From Aliivibrio fischeri ES114 (lineage in GTDB: Bacteria; Pseudomonadota; Gammaproteobacteria; Enterobacterales; Vibrionaceae): a DNA stretch of 32,000 bases. Each line of letters opens with the position of its first letter. Position 1 is the first letter of the stretch. Location: assembly GCF_000011805.1 (NCBI RefSeq), contig NC_006840.2; one strand, 5' to 3'. Below the pieces are notes generated by a model. It saw nothing but the letters and a program-made list of their open reading frames with translations. It ran no database searches and was not told where the DNA came from. Shown piece after piece: positions 31,786 through 32,000 of this stretch. Both the position numbers and the translations under genes were made by a program.

Positions 31786-32000
31786 ATGGCTCGCATTACT
31801 GCAGAAGAAAAAGAGCAGAAAAAGAATCAATACGATGCCCTCATATTTCAAATTTTTACAGAAGAAGGGTGGGATGCTGTTACTTATGATCGCCTAGCAA
31901 AAGAACTAGACATAGGTAAAAGCTCATTACAACGTTACTACCCTAGCAACCTATTTTTTGCCACAGCACTACAGGGAAAAGTTTTTCCTTTGGCTATACA
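31786..32000 (+). CDS. TetR/AcrR-family transcriptional regulator, N-terminal part (truncated)
   Basis: Translation MARITAEEKEQKKNQYDALIFQIFTEEGWDAVTYDRLAKELDIGKSSLQRYYPSNLFFATALQGKVFPLAI resembles the TetR N-terminal helix-turn-helix. Open to the window end. Confidence 0.75.
   Translation, partial: MARITAEEKEQKKNQYDALIFQIFTEEGWDAVTYDRLAKELDIGKSSLQRYYPSNLFFATALQGKVFPLAI

Noticed and set aside
1-32000. CRISPR arrays, tRNA or rRNA genes, transposases, prophage genes
   Set aside because: No regularly spaced repeats, no tRNA- or rRNA-like sequences and no mobile-element proteins recognised while reading. A dedicated scan (CRISPRCasFinder, tRNAscan-SE, Infernal/Rfam) was not run.

Overview
This window reads as ordinary core chromosome from a Vibrionaceae-like gammaproteobacterium; protein sequences and gene order suggest Aliivibrio, but that is inference. 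It contains: a partial nfuA; cysQ and nudE; a complete type II secretion operon gspC-D-E-F-G-H-I-J-K-L-M-N on the minus strand (about 1.8-13.2 kb); hslR, hslO and pckA on plus; an AsmA-family protein; a minus-strand EAL-HDOD protein; pldB and a yigL-like HAD phosphatase; a minus-strand lptM-lysA-dapF-DUF484-xerC cluster; cyaY; prlC; rlmJ; gorA; and the start of a TetR-family regulator. lptM (39 aa) and the partial GTG-start nfuA are absent from the supplied ORF track and were recovered by reading the sequence. I found no CRISPR array, transposase, prophage, toxin-antitoxin or defence-like cassette, and no convincing undescribed system. The most interesting items are modest: a cluster of nested and tandem GC-rich hairpins between cyaY and prlC, an EAL-HDOD protein with an eroded loop-6 region, and a few unexplained inverted repeats in intergenic DNA.
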